This document shows positions 51,403 to 64,000 of a DNA stretch of 64,000 nucleotides, piece after piece. The position numbers and the translations under genes were made by a program. The stretch is from Lama guanicoe (lineage: Eukaryota). The first letter of the stretch is position 1, and the number at the start of each line of letters is the position of its first letter. Under the pieces are notes generated by a model. It was not told the DNA's origin. It worked only from the letters and a program-made list of their open reading frames with translations, and did no database searches. The DNA is taken from contig MU053487.1 in assembly GCA_013239625.1 (NCBI GenBank), forward strand, positions 1,757,058 to 1,821,057. Direction: 5' to 3'.

Positions 51403-51551
51403 GTTACCAGCCGGTGCTGTCTGGTCAGCAGGGGTTCCAAGGCCTCGTGGGGGTGCAGCAGTCGCCTCCCAGTCAGGGCGTGCTGAGCAGCCCACAGGGG
51501 GCTCCCGTGCAGAGCGTGATGGTCTCCTACCCAACCATGTCCTCTTACCAG
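51403..51551 (+). CDS. ARPP21: ARPP21 penultimate coding exon
   Basis: Acceptor ttttctcttcacag|GT, donor CAG|gtgtgt; 149 nt, phase 1-0, completing the split Gly codon from the exon ending at 5960; (G)YQPVLSGQQGFQGLVGVQQSPPSQGVLSSPQGAPVQSVMVSYPTMSSYQ. Confidence 0.95.
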
Positions 51552-52553
51552 GTGTGTGTCGGGCGCTTGGAAAACTGTGCTTTATAAAGTAGAATTTGCC
51601 AAAGTAGAGTCTGTGGGTCTGTCTCCCAGTCGGGTGGCCGGCTGCGTGGGTGCTGGGTGCAGTCACTGATGTTAGATTTTGAGTCAAGATTATAGTAGGT
51701 AGAAAATGGGAAATACCTATTTCTATAACTACAATGGCTTTTGAATTCCCTGCCAAGTGTGGTTCCGTATAAACTTTCCATTTATGGGAAAAAAAATTCC
51801 TTGGAGTTCTACTCCTGCTGAGCTTCGGGCATTCTATTGAAATGGCACTTACTAGGAGAAAGTCTCCGTGACAGATTTTCCTGTGTTTCTGTACATGAAG
51901 AAACTGTATTTCACTGCAAATGTAAGTTACAGGAGACTTTAACGTGGTATCTCAGCTTCAGAGGGCGTTTCTCGGACCTAACAATTGCACTTTCCAGACC
52001 AAGCCCACATTGAGTATTTAAAGTGCCCCTTTCTGTACTTCATACCCTGAAAAACACGGGGAGTGGAAGCGAAGGGCTAGGGAAGCACTACGTTCAGTTT
52101 AGCTGCACCAGGTACTTCTGGCCCCAGAGAACCGGTCCTCGGTCCTCCTGCACTGACAGTCCTTCACAGTGCGTCGGTTTGTACCTCCAGCTCCGTGAGA
52201 TGTTCTCTAACCTGCAGGATGGGAAGGAGGGAGGTCCCTGGGACAAACGCCCCTTTTACACCTTGAATGGCTCCAGGCCACTCTGTCTGCAAAAGACCAG
52301 AATGGGAGCATGGCCTTCCGAAACCGAGAGAAATCCAGAATGGGAGGTCTAGACTGTAGTCCCTAGAGAGCCTGGAGCGAGGGAGGAAGGAACTAACACT
52401 TCTGAGCATTTACTTCTAGCCAGACATGCCCCCAAAACTGGACATCATCCCTGCCATCTTTCCTGTGGCACTCTGAAGTAGGTGTCATTAGGCAAATGGA
52501 GTTAGAGAATCAGAGAGGTTGTCCAATGTTAAACAGCCAATAAAAGGTAGAGC

Positions 52554-53150
52554 TGGTCTATATACAACAGCCAAGACGCCGAAGCAGCCTAAATGTCCAC
52601 TGACAGGACTGGATACAGAAGTTGTTGTGTGTGTGTACATATATGTATGTATGTACACACACACAGATACATAAACACACACATGCTGGAATACTATTCA
52701 GCCACAAAAAATGAAATGCCATCTGCAGCAACACGGATGGATCTGCAGATTGTCATGCCGCTTGAAGAAAGCCTGAAAGAGAAAGAAAAATACCATATGA
52801 TATCACTTATATGTGGAATCTAATAAAAAAGACACAAATGAACTTATTTACAAAGCAGAAACAGACTCATAGACATAGAAAAGAAACTTATGGTTACCAA
52901 AGAGGAAAGGCGGGGAAGGGATAAATTGGGAGTTTGGGATTAGCAAACACTAACTACTGTATATAAGATAAATTAACAGGGTCCTTCTTTCTACTGTATA
53001 TACAGCATAGGTCATTATATTCAGTACTTTGTAGTAACCGATAATGAAAAAGAATATGAAAAGAAATACCTGTATCTAAGTAACTGGGGCCCTGCGCTGT
53101 GCACCAGACAGCAGCCCAACACTGTGAACTGACTGGACTTCAGTAAAAAC
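52554..53150 (+). mobile_element. 5'-truncated LINE-1 3' end, sense orientation, nested in a MIR
   Basis: EYYSATKNEMPSAATRMDL...KYHMISLICGI; candidate TSD aaaggtagagc (52543-52553) / aaaggcagagc (53151-53161). Confidence 0.9.
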
Positions 53151-53280
53151 AAAGGCAGAGCACGCTCGGTGACCTGTCAGGTCTAACCCAAAAGCTTGAA
53201 TGTGTTTGATGACATCCCTGTAGCTCAGTGGAAATCCAAAAACCACCTGTTCATCCAGGGTTCTCTTCTGTGTCTCCTGA

Positions 53281-53517
<237 letters not shown>

Positions 53518-53802
53518 GCGCCCCGGCTGTGGTCCACTTCTCAAGACGGTACTCACGGCCTGGAAGGGAAGGGGAGCAAGGTGGGAGAGGCCGCCGGGGA
53601 CTCAAGTATGCACTCCACACCCAAAGGACTGCTGCTGGTATTCTGTTTAAAAACAACAACAACAACAAACAAAAAACAAAGACTCATACACACGTTAGCT
53701 GGTTAATGGTGCATATTTCCGTCATGTCTGCTAGGTATGCCTTTATAGCTTAGCTAGTGACATGAATTCATCAAGGTAAGATTTTCTCCTACCACTGATC
53801 AC

Positions 53803-53809
53803 CACTGTG
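53803..53809 (+). promoter_or_regulatory. miR-128-3p 7mer-m8 seed-match site in ARPP21 3' UTR
   Basis: CACTGTG is the reverse complement of miR-128-3p nt 2-8 (CACAGUG). Confidence 0.8.
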
Positions 53810-54020
53810 TAGACGATAATATCCCTAATTTGGATTCTTAGTTTTGTACTTTGTGTTGAGTTTGTGATGCTAAAAGTATTTACAAATTATATACTGAAAT
53901 CACACTGTACCAAAGCTGTAATGGAAAAGAAAAGAAAGGATGAATGGAAGGAATAATTTATATACACCATAGAGTTTTCTTTTTTTAATGGATATATAAT
54001 GTATTGTAGTGTTTAATGAA

Positions 54021-54026
54021 AATAAA
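54021..54026 (+). terminator. Polyadenylation signal AATAAA of ARPP21
   Basis: First canonical hexamer I found after the stop codon (~500 nt downstream), followed by a G/T-rich segment (ggtcatgttttt). Confidence 0.75.
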
Positions 54027-57000
54027 GCTATTTGACCTTACGGAGGAAGGTCATGTTTTTACCACCAGTGTGGTTCACTCTCTGTTTCAGTAAGTGCGGG
54101 CTTATGGCTCACTGTTAGCCCCTGTGGGAGCTATGTCATGAGTAACGCACAGAAAAGATGCTCCGGGGAGCTGCAGGGGGACTGCCATCACACTGGTAAG
54201 CAAACACTTAACTGCAGTTTCCTGATGTAATGCTAAGGGGTCCTGGAAATGAGATGACATCCTGCTCTTTCACTGACTTCACGTTTTTCAAATGTGTAAC
54301 TTACTTTTAGTTTTAGGGCCACTGAATGCGTGTAGCTGTACTTCACCAACAAGGAGAAGCTGTGTCCTGGCTAACGGTGGCCCTGGACCAAACCCTGTTC
54401 CACCTTCATCGAGGCCCATCGCACACCTGGAAAACAAGAAGTCTTTGTTCAGAGGAAGATGAGAAGGGAGGGGCACGGTCTAATCCCACCCATTACAGTG
54501 GACGCACAGTGCATCCAGTATAAACCGTCACTAGTGTTGCCAGTGGGTCAGTAACTCAGAGGAGCTACTGTGATTAGTAGTTGTCCTAATATTTTAAAAC
54601 AGGTAAAATATAGCAACACTTCAGTTACAAAGACAGAGCATTCACACTCACACACACACATTCGAAGCTGTTCCTGTCTAATCTCCAAATGTTTACCTCC
54701 CTGTAGATTCTGAAGGTAAAACTGCCTTATTACAACCTTTGAAAAGTAGCAACAGAACTCTTGAGTATCTCCTTTGGCCTTCCCTGGAGAGATTTAATAG
54801 GGCAATGAAATCCACAGCTTTCCCTTGGCGCTGATGGTATAATGACTAACATTTTGTATTTTATATGCTCTGCCTAAAAACCACTGTTCCTAAAAACCAG
54901 TTACCAGTGAGAAAGATGTGGAAAATGCATCTGGTTAATTCCTGTTGTTTCTCATATTACCACATTCTCTCTGTTAGATTAATCTCTCTATAGAGATTTT
55001 TTTTCATACTCATGTTGTTTAGCTGGAGATAAGAGTTAATAAGCAGCTAGTTAAAATACCTATCAGATTACGGTTTCTTACTGTTAAGACTGTTTTGTTT
55101 TCCCTTTAAAAGTGAAATTTGACACATACTGCCCTCAGCTTCCTTCCTTGTGCAGTCGGTCCCATTTCCTCAAATCTTAGTCTACTCGTTGTAAGTAAAC
55201 CCTAACTGTGAAAAGCATTCTAAAAAGAAGATGTTGCACTTTTTTTAATTGAGCCATTAAACCACAGGCTGAGTCGCTATTAAACCAACAGCTGCCGTGG
55301 GAAGGAGCAGTGTGTCTGCCTGGTACCTCCCCCTAATGGAAGGAGGGCGGCTGACCAACAACAGATTCATTCTTGAAATACATTCTCCACTTACCCTCTG
55401 ATCTTGGCAGTGATCCCAAACTCACGGATCCAAACATGAGTATGAATGCGTATTTTCTTTGCATACCATTTTGGGAAATTGTGAGCTTTTCTTTAATGAT
55501 TCTTAGAATTACTGAGCCTTCTTTCCCAGGAATGTGAGGTACAAATCATGCGAAGGGTAAAGACAGGACTTCTTTCTGGTTGGCCACCCTTCTCCAAGTG
55601 TGTTAACACCTTCAGATTTAGACGTTTGATCCTTTGGTTACTGTTTGTCGCAGACGTCAGCAAGGAGAGTGGATTAGACTTGAAAAGGCTCTTTGTTCAG
55701 AAACCAGAGATGAACACAGTCCTAAGGTCTGGCACTGGGCTACGGATGCCATTGGCAATGCTGGGTTAAGTCAGAGGAAGTTCTAGCTCTTAACTCTCAG
55801 TAATTCTATATTTTGCACAGCCGTGCAGAGCTATGAGTGCCCCATCTTAGGCTGCACCACTGGGCACAGTTCCGATGACCTGTCAGGACAAAATAAATGA
55901 AGACTAAGCTGAAAGTGGAGACAGCCTTGGAGACCGGCCAAGTCTCCATCAGGACATCTTCAGTATCGATACCCAATAGGCAGTGAAATCCGGTACCATC
56001 TAGCTGATCCCTCTCGTTTAAAAGAAAAAGTGGCAGGAACATTAACCCATTCTGGTTCAGAAAGCATGTTTTACTTTCCGTGCTTTCATGGTGGCCACCT
56101 CTACACAGGACCGGAAATCTTTGTTTCTTCCTGTACTATTCTGCCCAGAACCCTCTCTACTGAGAAAGTTGTTTTCTTCAGGGCTTTGACACTACTTCTC
56201 AAGCGTTCTCAGCTTTAGTGTTTGTTTCAACTCCAAATCTTATTATTACTTACTTTCTGTGAAGCTCTGCAACCTCCACTCTTCTCCCAAAGGATGTGTC
56301 ACTGTTACATGTCATCAGTGGCAGAAGCTCCTCCCTCTCGAAGCTGGGCTCCCTGCTGCCGCCAGCACTGTGCCCGCACTGCGGGTGAGCCGCACCTGAT
56401 GCCCCGACAGAGGACTGGCTCGGCTCCTAGGCTTGAGGATGCTGCCTGTGAGACAATAACACAACCGACTCCCTGACTGCAGAAGCCCGGGGGGTGCTTT
56501 GATATCTGTGTTTGTCATTTGACTGGTTCTGTTTTACTGCTTTATTCCACACTACTCTCAGCACTGTCCTAGAAAGAAAGGGAAGAGGTCAGATACTGAG
56601 CAAACAGGAGAAGGCGTAAATCTGAAGGGGGCGAGTCCTGAAACTGGATGTGACGGATGGTCAGGGGGCGACCCCAGAGGCGCTCATGACCGCGTGTGTG
56701 CGGCTGGTGCACCGGCCAGACCGGTTCGGCTGGATGGCCTGCCGAGGAAGGCTGCTGTCTGAAGTTCAGGACCTCCTCACTCCTTCAGCGCCTGGGATGC
56801 ACGGGGATTGCCAGCAGCGCGGGGAGGCGGGTGGTGAGCGCGGATGAGGACACAGAAGACGAAGTGTAGAGTACAGAGATCCTGGAATTAAAAAGAGGGT
56901 GGCTTATTGTGAAGTTCTGGCTCGTGTGTCCTGTGAAGAAGATTCAGAAGAATGTCCCTAGAAAACAGATCTGGTTAAATGTGGGGCACGGTAGGGCCTC

Positions 57001-58070
57001 CCAGACAGCCTCAGCCAGTACTGAGCATGACGGGGCTTACTGAAAGAAAGAGCGTGTGGTGCATGTGTGTTTATATGCAATATACTGTACACGTGAGGTC
57101 AAATTTTAAGAATCCTACCAGATGAAACACACACATCATGACATTCAATCGACGTGGAAAGCAAGAGATCTCGGTTCTGGGCATAAGTAAGCCTCCCCCC
57201 CCACAGCAGTGTGTTCTCCCCTCGCCCCGTTACAGGTCATGATGCTCCTTCGCTCACGGCGCACGTGCCCTGGGTGTGGTCGCCTTCTAAAGCAAGCCCC
57301 AGGCCCACCCACTGTCATATGACCTACAAGAATCATAAGTATGTTAACATATTTTAGAGGCAAGAGCTGCTTCTAAAGGTCCTGACTGACAACATGGTGG
57401 GGGATTAAGATGGAACCTGGAGCAGCTCTGCGGCTGGATCTAGGCTCTAGTAGTTACGAGTCGTGTCCTACGTGCTCTCTGGGCCTGAGCTCCCTGTCTC
57501 AACAGGAGCAGCGATGGCTGTCGTAAAGGATGAATAGAAGGATTCAACTGGGTACTAAGTGTGGTAATTATGGCCCAACAAAGTGTGTATGTTATCACCA
57601 CTGCTGCACCTACTGCTCCTACTATGAGTACAATTCTAAAGAGGGAGTCTCACCCTGCAGTTGCTGCCCCAGTAACTGAAAATACATTAGAGGACAATCT
57701 GGCTCAAAACCAAGGGCTCTGTGCCCTTAGAAGCAAGGATGACAATGCATATTTCAGGTTAGCTGTGACTGAGGGATGGGGGAGGAAGAAACCACACTTT
57801 CACAAACATCCAAGATACAAAGTTGGTTAATCCATGGTTCCAAAGAGCCCCAGCATTACCTCGTTGGGTTCATGAAATGCAGTCGCTTGCCAAGGCGGAT
57901 TTCATTTTTGTTCAGTCTGATTTAGACTGAGAAGGGTGAGGGGAGTACAAGTGAGAGAGAGAGAGAGACTGAGAAAGAGACGGGGCACAGCCCCGCCACC
58001 TGTGCCGTGCAGGACAAGATTACAAGTGCTCCGTGCCACGTACAGCAGGATCTGTGCAGGAGTTAGGTGT

Positions 58071-58072
<2 letters not shown>

Positions 58073-58108
<36 letters not shown>
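58073..58108. repeat. (AC)18 microsatellite
   Basis: Direct reading. Confidence 0.97.
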
Positions 58109-58110
<2 letters not shown>

Positions 58111-58921
58111 AAATTTGACACAAGGGGCGAAAACGAGGGAAGAACTCTCCAGAGCTTCAGAGACATGGACAGCTTCATCTAAGAACTCAGGGAAAAACTG
58201 GCAATTTCAGTTTTTGGTGAGCAACTTATTCGTTCAGCCTCACAAAGTCCATTTTTCTTCCTGACTGATCCCATTTTCAGATAGACTCATCACATGTCCA
58301 AATGCAATTGCGTAAATTGAATGTGTGTGGCTCATAGCCCGGTTTACCTGGTAGTCTTTCAGCTCCAGAGACCAAGCTAGTGATTTTGTCGTCATCACAG
58401 AGACTCAACCCGCCACCACCCAACACCCAGGACTCATTTGTTCTCATTAAGAGATCAAATTACTGACCACATGTGCCTCTGATGCCCCCATGAGTTGTGA
58501 AAAGCTGTAAAACTGCAGAGTTGGGGGAGATGGCTCTTAGGCTTTCAAAAATAATGGTTTCTGAGTCTTGCTGACCTGAACTATATTCCCTCTTCTTTAT
58601 CTCGCTGTTGTCCCAGACACCAGTGTCACAGTGACCTCCTCAAAGAGCAGCTCAGATCCAGCAGCACCCGGGTCAGGAGTCACCTCTGGCATTTTGATTC
58701 TCAGCAAGTGGTTGGTAGAGAAGACAGCACTGGAACTGGCTCCTCCAGCATCTTTTCTGTAGGAAGGGCCCTGATGGAGACAGTCCAGAAGAAACAAAGC
58801 AGCATGGACAGGGGGCAGAAGGAGTTGGGGGAATAGCAAATAACTCTACATCTTTAAGCATCAAGTTTCTATAGTCAAAATAATGCTGCAAGGCTAACAG
58901 ATCTACCTTTGGAGGTTCTTG

Positions 58922-59065
58922 GAGAAGAGAGAAAGAAAAGAACAAACGAAAGAACTAGATTTAGAGAGAAAGAGGGGACTAGAGAGGAAGGACAGAAGGA
59001 AGGAGGAAGAGAGACAGAGGGTAGGGGAGAGGTATAATAAAAGGAGTAAAAAACTTAAGAAGAGG
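58922..59065. repeat. GA-rich low-complexity (polypurine) tract
   Basis: About 140 bp of mostly A/G. Confidence 0.7.
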
Positions 59066-59489
59066 ACTGCACAAACAAGTCCAAGGTTGTGAAGAACGTC
59101 TCAGATTACATGGACACTCACTGCCCTACATGTGTAATCTGTCTTCTGCAAGTAAAGCAAATATTTATGATTATTGGAAACTTTGGTTCATACTGGAAAG
59201 TAGAAAGTTCTCTAAATTATGTTCATTCACTTTTTCTAGCCTACCTTTGTAACTGCTGCAAAGGGGAAAAAAATGACTGGGAAAAACTTTGAACTCAATG
59301 CAAGAGATTATCTGTCACATGTGAATTTTAATCGAGTATTAGGGCCCCTGCCTGGGTTCCGCCAAGCTGCTGCTTAGGGTCACTCCGACCCCGCTCCTCC
59401 CTGAAACCTGTCAGTAATTGCCCGTGCTAAGTGTCAGGGTCTCTGCCTAGTGTTCCAGCTTCACTCAGCTTCATCTGCAACTGCCCCAG

Positions 59490-59790
59490 CTCTCTTAGCA
59501 GCACCCACGCTGGCCTCCTTGCAGCTGGTAAAAAAAGCAAACTGAACCTTACTCAGTACCCTCAATCCTCAGTCTCTGCTGGAAATCCATTTCCTTGAAC
59601 TTGACAGGACTTGCTCCGTCTCTCCTCATTCACTTATCTCAAATGCCATCTCCGAGGGAGAGAGACCTTCCCTAGGAACACTGGCTAAATCAGCCACCCA
59701 GTCACTCTCTACCCTGCATCGCTGTCAATTACCTCTAGTATTTTAAATTATCACATTTATTCTTTTGGCTACAAGTTGTCTATTTTGTAG
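59490..59790. mobile_element. LINE-2 3' fragment
   Basis: gctggcctcctt...ctctgctggaaat...ctcaaatgccatctcc...gaccttccct motifs of L2. Confidence 0.55.
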
Positions 59791-60049
59791 ATCATGATAA
59801 CTGACCGTAAAGTTTAATGGAAAAACTGAAGACCTTGACAAAGCATCCAAACACTGGAGAATAGTGAAGATGGAAGAGTCCCCACTGAAGGCAAGACTTC
59901 CTGGAAGACCACACTCATCAGGACAGCCCGGTACTACTGACAGAACAGACTCACAGATCAGTGGCACAGGACACTGTGCCTGGAAACAGACGCAGGCAGA
60001 ACCTAGCTCCTCACTCCCGAAGCGTAGGCTGAGCATAGTAACGTCCTCG

Positions 60050-60635
60050 AAGAGTCCAGACTCAGGGAGGACAGACACGGGGACCTCTGCCGCAGATAAA
60101 GCTGGCGCACGGCTCGGCCAGGTCGCCAGGCCAACAACTGACAGTGGTACGTTGTGTGGGGAGGGTGCACTTGACATGATGCAGTGAAGATGGCACTTGA
60201 CCCTGTGATCTCCTCTCCAAACCCACAACCTCGGTCTCCTTATGCAGAAAACTGCAGAAAAATCTCATTTGAGGGGTATGCTACGAAGTCCCTGAGCATC
60301 AACCTTCAGAACTGCAAAGGTCATCAGAAGCCAGGAAGGTCTGAGAGACTTTCACAACCGAGAGGACCCTCAGGAGACAAGACTCTTAAATCAATGTGGT
60401 ATCCTTGATGGGATCCTGGAACAGAAAACAGACAGGTAATAATCAGAGTAAAGTGTGGGCTTCAGTGAGCAAGAATCCATGGACACCAGTTCATTGACTG
60501 TGACAAGTGTGCCAAACTCACACAGGATAGTAACCACGGGGGCAGCTGGGTGTGACACACACGAGAACGCTCTGCATTATTTTCTCAATAATCCTGTAAA
60601 CCTAAACTGTCCCAAAATAACATTTCATTAAAAAA
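60050..60635 (+). mobile_element. Old L1 3' end (L1MC-like)
   Basis: atgggatcctggaacagaaaa...ttcattgactgtgacaagtgtgcc...ctgtaaacctaaactgtcccaaaataa resembles recalled L1MC 3' consensus. Confidence 0.65.
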
Positions 60636-62260
60636 TATAGCAAACTCTAGTGTCTTCCTTTGTGGAATGAATATGAACATAAGAACGTCAAGAGCTTTTT
60701 AGGCCTCCAAAAATTAAACAAACTGACAACTGAAGCGTTAGTGCCACCCACAGGGATGAGAACGCTGTCCCTGTTGCGGTCCCCCACTCCGTGACGTGCT
60801 TCAGACCCGCACGCTCCAGCACGCTGGGTCGCTGACCTTGCCTAGAGACGTTCCTGTGTGCCCGCTCGTCACGGCCTCCACGTCTTTATGAAAGTTGCTT
60901 CTTGTACCTAGAATGGCTCTTCCCCACTAGCAGTGAGAAGGCAATCTCGTCCAGTATCTTAACACCCAGCAAGAAGGCCGCATCATCGTCCATCAGCTCG
61001 CCCCTAATCCTCCAATCTCCCCAGGAAGGAGTAAGGCTCCTGGATTCACAGCAACTGTAAGCATTTTTCACAGTGCCTTTCACTTGGCATGAATTTCCCC
61101 CTCTTTTTTGTCCGTGTCTTTATGTCTCTGAAAGACAGGACTTTGATTACAAGGCTGATTCATCTCTGTGCTCTCTTACAGCCCCCTGCACACAGCAGAG
61201 GGTTGTTCAGATGGGTACGCAACAGATTACCCGCTCAATTTATAAAGGGAAAAGCATGGTTCAATTCTCTTAGATTATATAGACATTCTCTATTGTGTCT
61301 TAATTTCCAACCATACAAGATAGCAGGACCCTGACAGATTAATTTTCCATGAGCAAGACAATTGATGTCAAAGGGGAAAAAAAAAATCAACATGGGCTTC
61401 ACTTCTGATTTTGACACATGTGTTTTCTTGGGCCTCTGGGCATCAAAGTCTCCCCTTTGATGCATCACTTCACCACTGACGAAGATCCTCTCCAGACCCT
61501 TCTTGTTCACACATCCAGCTTCCCCGAAAAGATCTGAACAAATGACAATTGCTTCCTGTTCCAGCTCATCACTCAAAATGCCTGACAGCATCCGATTTTA
61601 ACGAACGCCTCCAGAGCCTGGTCCCTGGTACGCAGCTCCCCTCCTCTTGGCTCACAGCCCACGCTAACACCGCTTTGACGATGTGGCTACAACAGAGTCT
61701 GCTGAACAGATGTAATCCCCAGCTACCCTCCATTTAACAGTCAATCAACTAGGTGTTCACGCACTTATAACTGTTCTTGACTGTCTGGAAAATTCTTCAT
61801 CAGATCGATCTGCTGTTTGAAACGCGTGCAGGGGTTATGTTCCCTGTTCCACCATCCAACATTTAAAAAGTGCCTCATTATCTATCAAAATCAAATTAAA
61901 TTTAATTCTGAGCCTGTACTTCCCTGGGAGGTAAAAAAAATTCAAGCTCAGGCACATTTGTGGGTTACCCTTTTTGGGGGCTGCAAAAAATTGTTGAATC
62001 TTTATAGTACTGACATGAGATGAGAGTACAGGGTGGATGAGTTTAGAGATAAATTCATTGTCATTAAATGCTCCTTATCTGAATTCACAAGTCACCTCAA
62101 AGATAAATGACTTCCTCCCGATTCTTACATGGGCATCTTTTGAGGGAAATCTCACTGCTACTAAGAAACAGCTAAGTCATTTGTGCAGCTCAGTGGGAAA
62201 ACAAAATTCAGGGCCTCTTGTTTAAATTTATTAGTAATTACAAGATAGTGAAAGCAGAGG

Positions 62261-62442
62261 GTTTTTTGTTGTTGTTGTTGTTAAACTATAATTGATTTAC
62301 AATGTTGTGTCAATTCCTGGTGTGCAGCACAGTGCTTCAGTCATACATGAACATACATAGATTCGTTTTCATATTCTTTTTCACCATAAGTTACAAGATA
62401 TTGAATACAGTTCCCTGTGCTGTACAGTATAAACTTGTTTAT

Positions 62443-62488
<46 letters not shown>

Positions 62489-63033
62489 AGTACCTGCAGA
62501 CCTCAAACTCAGTTTATCTCATCCCACCCCCTTCCCCAACTGGTAACCGTAAGTTTGTTTTCCAAGTCTGTGAGAAAGCTTGTTTTGTAAATAAGTTCAT
62601 TTGTCTTCTTTTTTTTGGATTCCACATTTAAGTGGTATCGTATGGTATTTTTCTTTCTTTCTGGCTTACTTAGAAGGACAATCTCCAGGTCCATCCATTG
62701 CTGCAAATGGCATTATTTTACTATCTTTTATGGCTGAGTAGTGTTCCATTGTATAAACATACTACAACTTCTTTATCCAGTCCTCTTTCAATGGACATTT
62801 AGGTTGTTTCCACATCTTGGCTATTATAAGCAGTGCTGCAATGAACACGGGGATGCACGTATCTTTTCAAATTTGAGTTCCCTCCAGATATATGCCCAGG
62901 AGTGGGAGTGCTGGATCATAGGGTAACTCTATTTTTAGGCTTTTGAGAAATCTCCACACTATTTTCCATAATGGCTGCACTAAACGACATTCCCACCAGC
63001 AGTGTAGGAGGGGTCCCTTCTCTCCACACCCTT
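62261..63033 (-). mobile_element. 5'-truncated LINE-1 3' end with internal (CA)n
   Basis: [41 protein letters not shown] (L1 ORF2 C-terminus) and a 3'UTR like the other copies. Confidence 0.92.
62450..62484. repeat. (CA)n microsatellite inside L1 3'UTR
   Basis: Direct reading. Confidence 0.93.
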
Positions 63034-63304
63034 GGAGAGGTGCTGTCTTGAGTCTGCCCACACAGGGCTTACCACACAGCCTGCCAGCTTCCAAAGCGGG
63101 TGAGGAGGGAGGTGTTGAGAGGTGAGCCTTCGCCATTATCACTTGCGGTAACTCTCAGAGGACAAGACGGTAAGATGCCAAGATAGGAGAAAATGCTCTC
63201 AAACTAAACTGAAACATCAGCTTTAAAGAGCTGATAGAGAGAGGAAAGGTCAGCCAAGCCCTTGTCCCACGAATGCCTCTTCCTCAGCCAACAATGACCA
63301 ATTG

Positions 63305-63770
63305 CAGATGACCCCAACTTACAGCGGTTTGACTTACGATTTTTCAGCTTTACGACGGGTAGAAGTGAGATGCATTCAAGTAGAAACTGTACTTTGAATT
63401 TGGGGTTCGGACCTCCCGGGCTGGCGGGAGGCAGTGTGCGCTGGGAAGCAGCAGGGAATGCAGCTCCTGGCCAGCCACGTGGTCACCAGGGTGCACAAGC
63501 CACCCACACAAGTCAGTGTTTGTACACGTTAAACCCAGACCGCCATTTCGTTTCCCGCGTTCAGTACAGTATTCAGTGAATTATATGAGATACCTGACAC
63601 TGGATTATAAAACAGGCCTTGTGTTGGATGATTCTGACCAGCTCTAGGCTAACGTAAGTGTTCTGAGCATGTTCAAGGTCGGCGAGGCTGAACTATGATG
63701 TTCGGCAGGGGAGGCGTACTGAGTGTATTTCCCACTTCGAGTAGGTTTACCCTAAGTCAAGGAACATCTG
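63305..63770. mobile_element. Tigger-family non-autonomous DNA transposon (MER47/Tigger5-like)
   Basis: Imperfect terminal inverted repeats CAGATGACCCCAACTTA / (rc) CAGATGTTCCTTGACTTA; internal sequence resembles recalled MER47. Confidence 0.75.
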
Positions 63771-63774
63771 TCCT

Positions 63775-63990
63775 GAACTGTGCCAGGCAGGTTGAAATGC
63801 CCGCCGAGTGTGGCTGAAGCCAGACCCGCCTGACGCCACAGCTCACCTCAACCAAAGCCCAGTTTTCTCATTCTCTAAAACAAGGATAATAAGAGAATTT
63901 TATTCGAAGCTTAAGGGATGATTAGTGAATTCACATGAATGACAGACTGAGTGCCACGACCTGACACAGGAAAACATCTCAATAAATGGC
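63775..63990 (+). mobile_element. MIR SINE
   Basis: cagttttctcattctctaaaacaaggataataa...cctgacacaggaaaacatctcaataaatg. Confidence 0.6.
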
Positions 63991-64000
63991 AGGACTACTG

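Larger units (their letters stand above)
53518..54050 (+). other. ARPP21: ARPP21 3' UTR (end approximate)
   Basis: Follows the stop codon; U/A-rich; ends shortly after AATAAA at 54021-54026. Confidence 0.75.

Noticed and set aside
51068..51592. 174-aa ORF across the penultimate exon
   Set aside because: Wrong frame; the true exon is read in the GYQPVLSG frame, set by the splice phase.
60886..61737. Possible processed pseudogene on the minus strand downstream of ARPP21
   Set aside because: ORFs are short, I recognise no protein, and I see no poly(A) tail or TSD; a tBLASTn/Dfam search would be needed.

Overview
Mammalian genomic DNA, most likely camelid judging from the tRNA-Ala-type Vic-1-like SINEs. 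It is not prokaryotic, and the six-frame ORF track is mostly noise. The window holds the 3' half of ARPP21 (long TARPP-type isoform) on the + strand: four coding exons (1507-1767, 5834-5960, 51403-51551, 53284-53517) with consistent GT-AG boundaries and phases, and a 3' UTR with AATAAA at 54021. The intronic microRNA miR-128-2 lies at 6464-6547, at the start of a 45.4-kb intron, and a miR-128 seed-match site sits in the host 3' UTR (a known autoregulatory arrangement). The rest is intron/intergenic DNA with a decayed near-full-length antisense L1, several L1 fragments, four young SINEs, MIR/L2/MaLR/MER relics and microsatellites. I see no clearly new biological system. The best leads are an apparent 8-codon deletion in the ARPP21 C-terminus, several candidate intronic terminal or poison exons that could uncouple protein output from miR-128 control, a hairpin/B-box/D-box cluster near 24.7 kb, and a 30-bp micro-L1 insertion. 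Gene and repeat identifications rely on recalled reference sequences, not database searches, and repeat boundaries are approximate.
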